64,000 bases of DNA. Source: Spirochaetaceae bacterium (GTDB lineage: Bacteria > Spirochaetota > Spirochaetia > DSM-2461). Positions 63,035 to 64,000 of the stretch are shown piece by piece. The stretch lies in NCBI GenBank assembly GCA_965224705.1, contig OZ245056.1, positions 2,880,001 through 2,944,000 of the forward strand, read 5' to 3'. Both the position numbers and the translations under genes were made by a program. Under the pieces are notes generated by a model. The model was not told the DNA's origin. It ran no database searches and was given only the letters and a program-made list of their open reading frames with translations. The first letter of the stretch is position 1. Every line of letters starts with the position of its first letter.

Positions 63035-63907
63035 CTAGCCCTGAGTCTGAACCCATCGGCTCTTGTAATAGAAATTGATGAAGGCAATACCGCCGACCAT
63101 GAGCATAAGCGTCATGGAAAGACTGGCCGCCTGGCCCATCTGAAACAGTTCAAAAGCATGCTGATAGATATAGTAGGCCATTGTCGTTGAAGAGGTCCCC
63201 GGCCCTCCCCGGGTCATCGCATAAATGATGTCAAAGTTCTTGAATGAATCGATCAGCGCCATGATCATCACAAAAAACATCGATGGTGTGATGAGGGGCA
63301 CTGTAATACGCCGAAAGAGGGCAAAAGGACCGGCACCGTCAATGCGTGCCGCTTCGTAGAGAGTTTTGGGGATATCCTGTAGGCCGGCAAGGTAGATAAC
63401 CATGTAATAGCCGACACGCTTCCAGGCGAATACGAAAGAGACGACAAGCAGCGAGTATTGCCGGTCGGAAATCCAGGACGGCGGCGATTCGACACCAAGA
63501 GATCTGAGAAGGAAATTGATCATTCCAACATCGGCTCCAAATATCCATCGCCAGACGATACCCACCGCTACGGTGGATGTGATGACCGGAGCAAAGTACA
63601 TCGCACGGAAAGCGGTCGTGCCTTTTACACCCTGATTGAGCAGTACAGCCAGAATGAGGGAACCGAAGACGATGGAAGGAACGAAAATCAAACTGAAACG
63701 AAGCGTGTTCCAAACAATCTTCCAGAATGTCGAGTCCCTGACGAATTCGGAATAATTCTCCAGACCCACCCAACTCGGATTGCCGAACATACTCCAATCG
63801 GTCAATGAAATCCCTCCGGCAAATCCAAGGGGACCGAGGCGGAACACGAACAGTCCTATCATGGCCAGGAGTATGAAGAGATAGGGGACGTAAAGTTTGT
63901 ATCTCAT
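63035..63907 (-). CDS. Carbohydrate ABC permease (MalF/UgpA-like)
   Basis: WVGLENY, LAGLQDIP..LYEAARIDGA, MTRGGPG. Confidence 0.93.
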   Translation of the reverse strand: MRYKLYVPYLFILLAMIGLFVFRLGPLGFAGGISLTDWSMFGNPSWVGLENYSEFVRDSTFWKIVWNTLRFSLIFVPSIVFGSLILAVLLNQGVKGTTAFRAMYFAPVITSTVAVGIVWRWIFGADVGMINFLLRSLGVESPPSWISDRQYSLLVVSFVFAWKRVGYYMVIYLAGLQDIPKTLYEAARIDGAGPFALFRRITVPLITPSMFFVMIMALIDSFKNFDIIYAMTRGGPGTSSTTMAYYIYQHAFELFQMGQAASLSMTLMLMVGGIAFINFYYKSRWVQTQG

Positions 63908-63924
63908 GGATCCATCCTGTCGAC

Positions 63925-63964
63925 ATTGCCGCGGAACCGGAAACAGCCCCGGTGCCGCAGCAAT
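63925..63964 (-). promoter_or_regulatory. Intercistronic hairpin upstream of permease
   Basis: attgccgcggaaccgg...ccggtgccgcagcaat. Confidence 0.5.
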
Positions 63965-64000
63965 TCAAATATCAGCGATACGCCTTGTCCAGCATTTTAT

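Noticed and set aside
1..64000. DGR template repeat or reverse transcriptase; rRNA, tRNA or CRISPR array
   Set aside because: No AAC-rich copy of 27840-27980, no RT ORF, and no recognisable RNA gene or regular repeat-spacer array seen by eye.

Overview
AT/GC-mosaic, IS-riddled bacterial chromosomal region, probably from a free-living spirochaete (inferred from signal peptides such as FAGGQSE and AFANGVKE; not proven). About 4.6-42 kb is a minus-strand array of about 13 Rhs/YD-repeat toxin-tip plus immunity modules built on copies of one Rhs core. Tips include two M23-like peptidases (one apparently circularly permuted), an Ntox44-like domain, a PT-TG-linked tip and two related GTY(N/D)Y...H...DxP tips. 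Most tips are broken while most immunity ORFs are open. Seven same-orientation copies (five of about 60 bp, two terminal fragments) of the terminus of an rve/DDE element mark module boundaries, five of them 2-53 bp past an immunity stop codon. Embedded in the array is a caspase-PEGA-FGE/CLec gene whose 3' end looks like a diversity-generating retroelement (DGR) variable region with downstream hairpins; no template repeat or reverse transcriptase is in the window. Left flank: a TerB-like three-gene membrane operon and a K+ channel-hemerythrin fusion. Right flank: dipeptidase, a PotABCD-like ABC/amidohydrolase operon, AAA-ATPase/PD-(D/E)XK, aldo-keto reductase, yefM-yoeB, xylA, GDPD, a NagB-like deacetylase domain and sugar ABC permeases, with IS1380, IS1634, IS3, ISL3, IS5-like and IS91-like elements or remnants throughout the window. 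Family assignments come from motif recognition by eye, not database searches.
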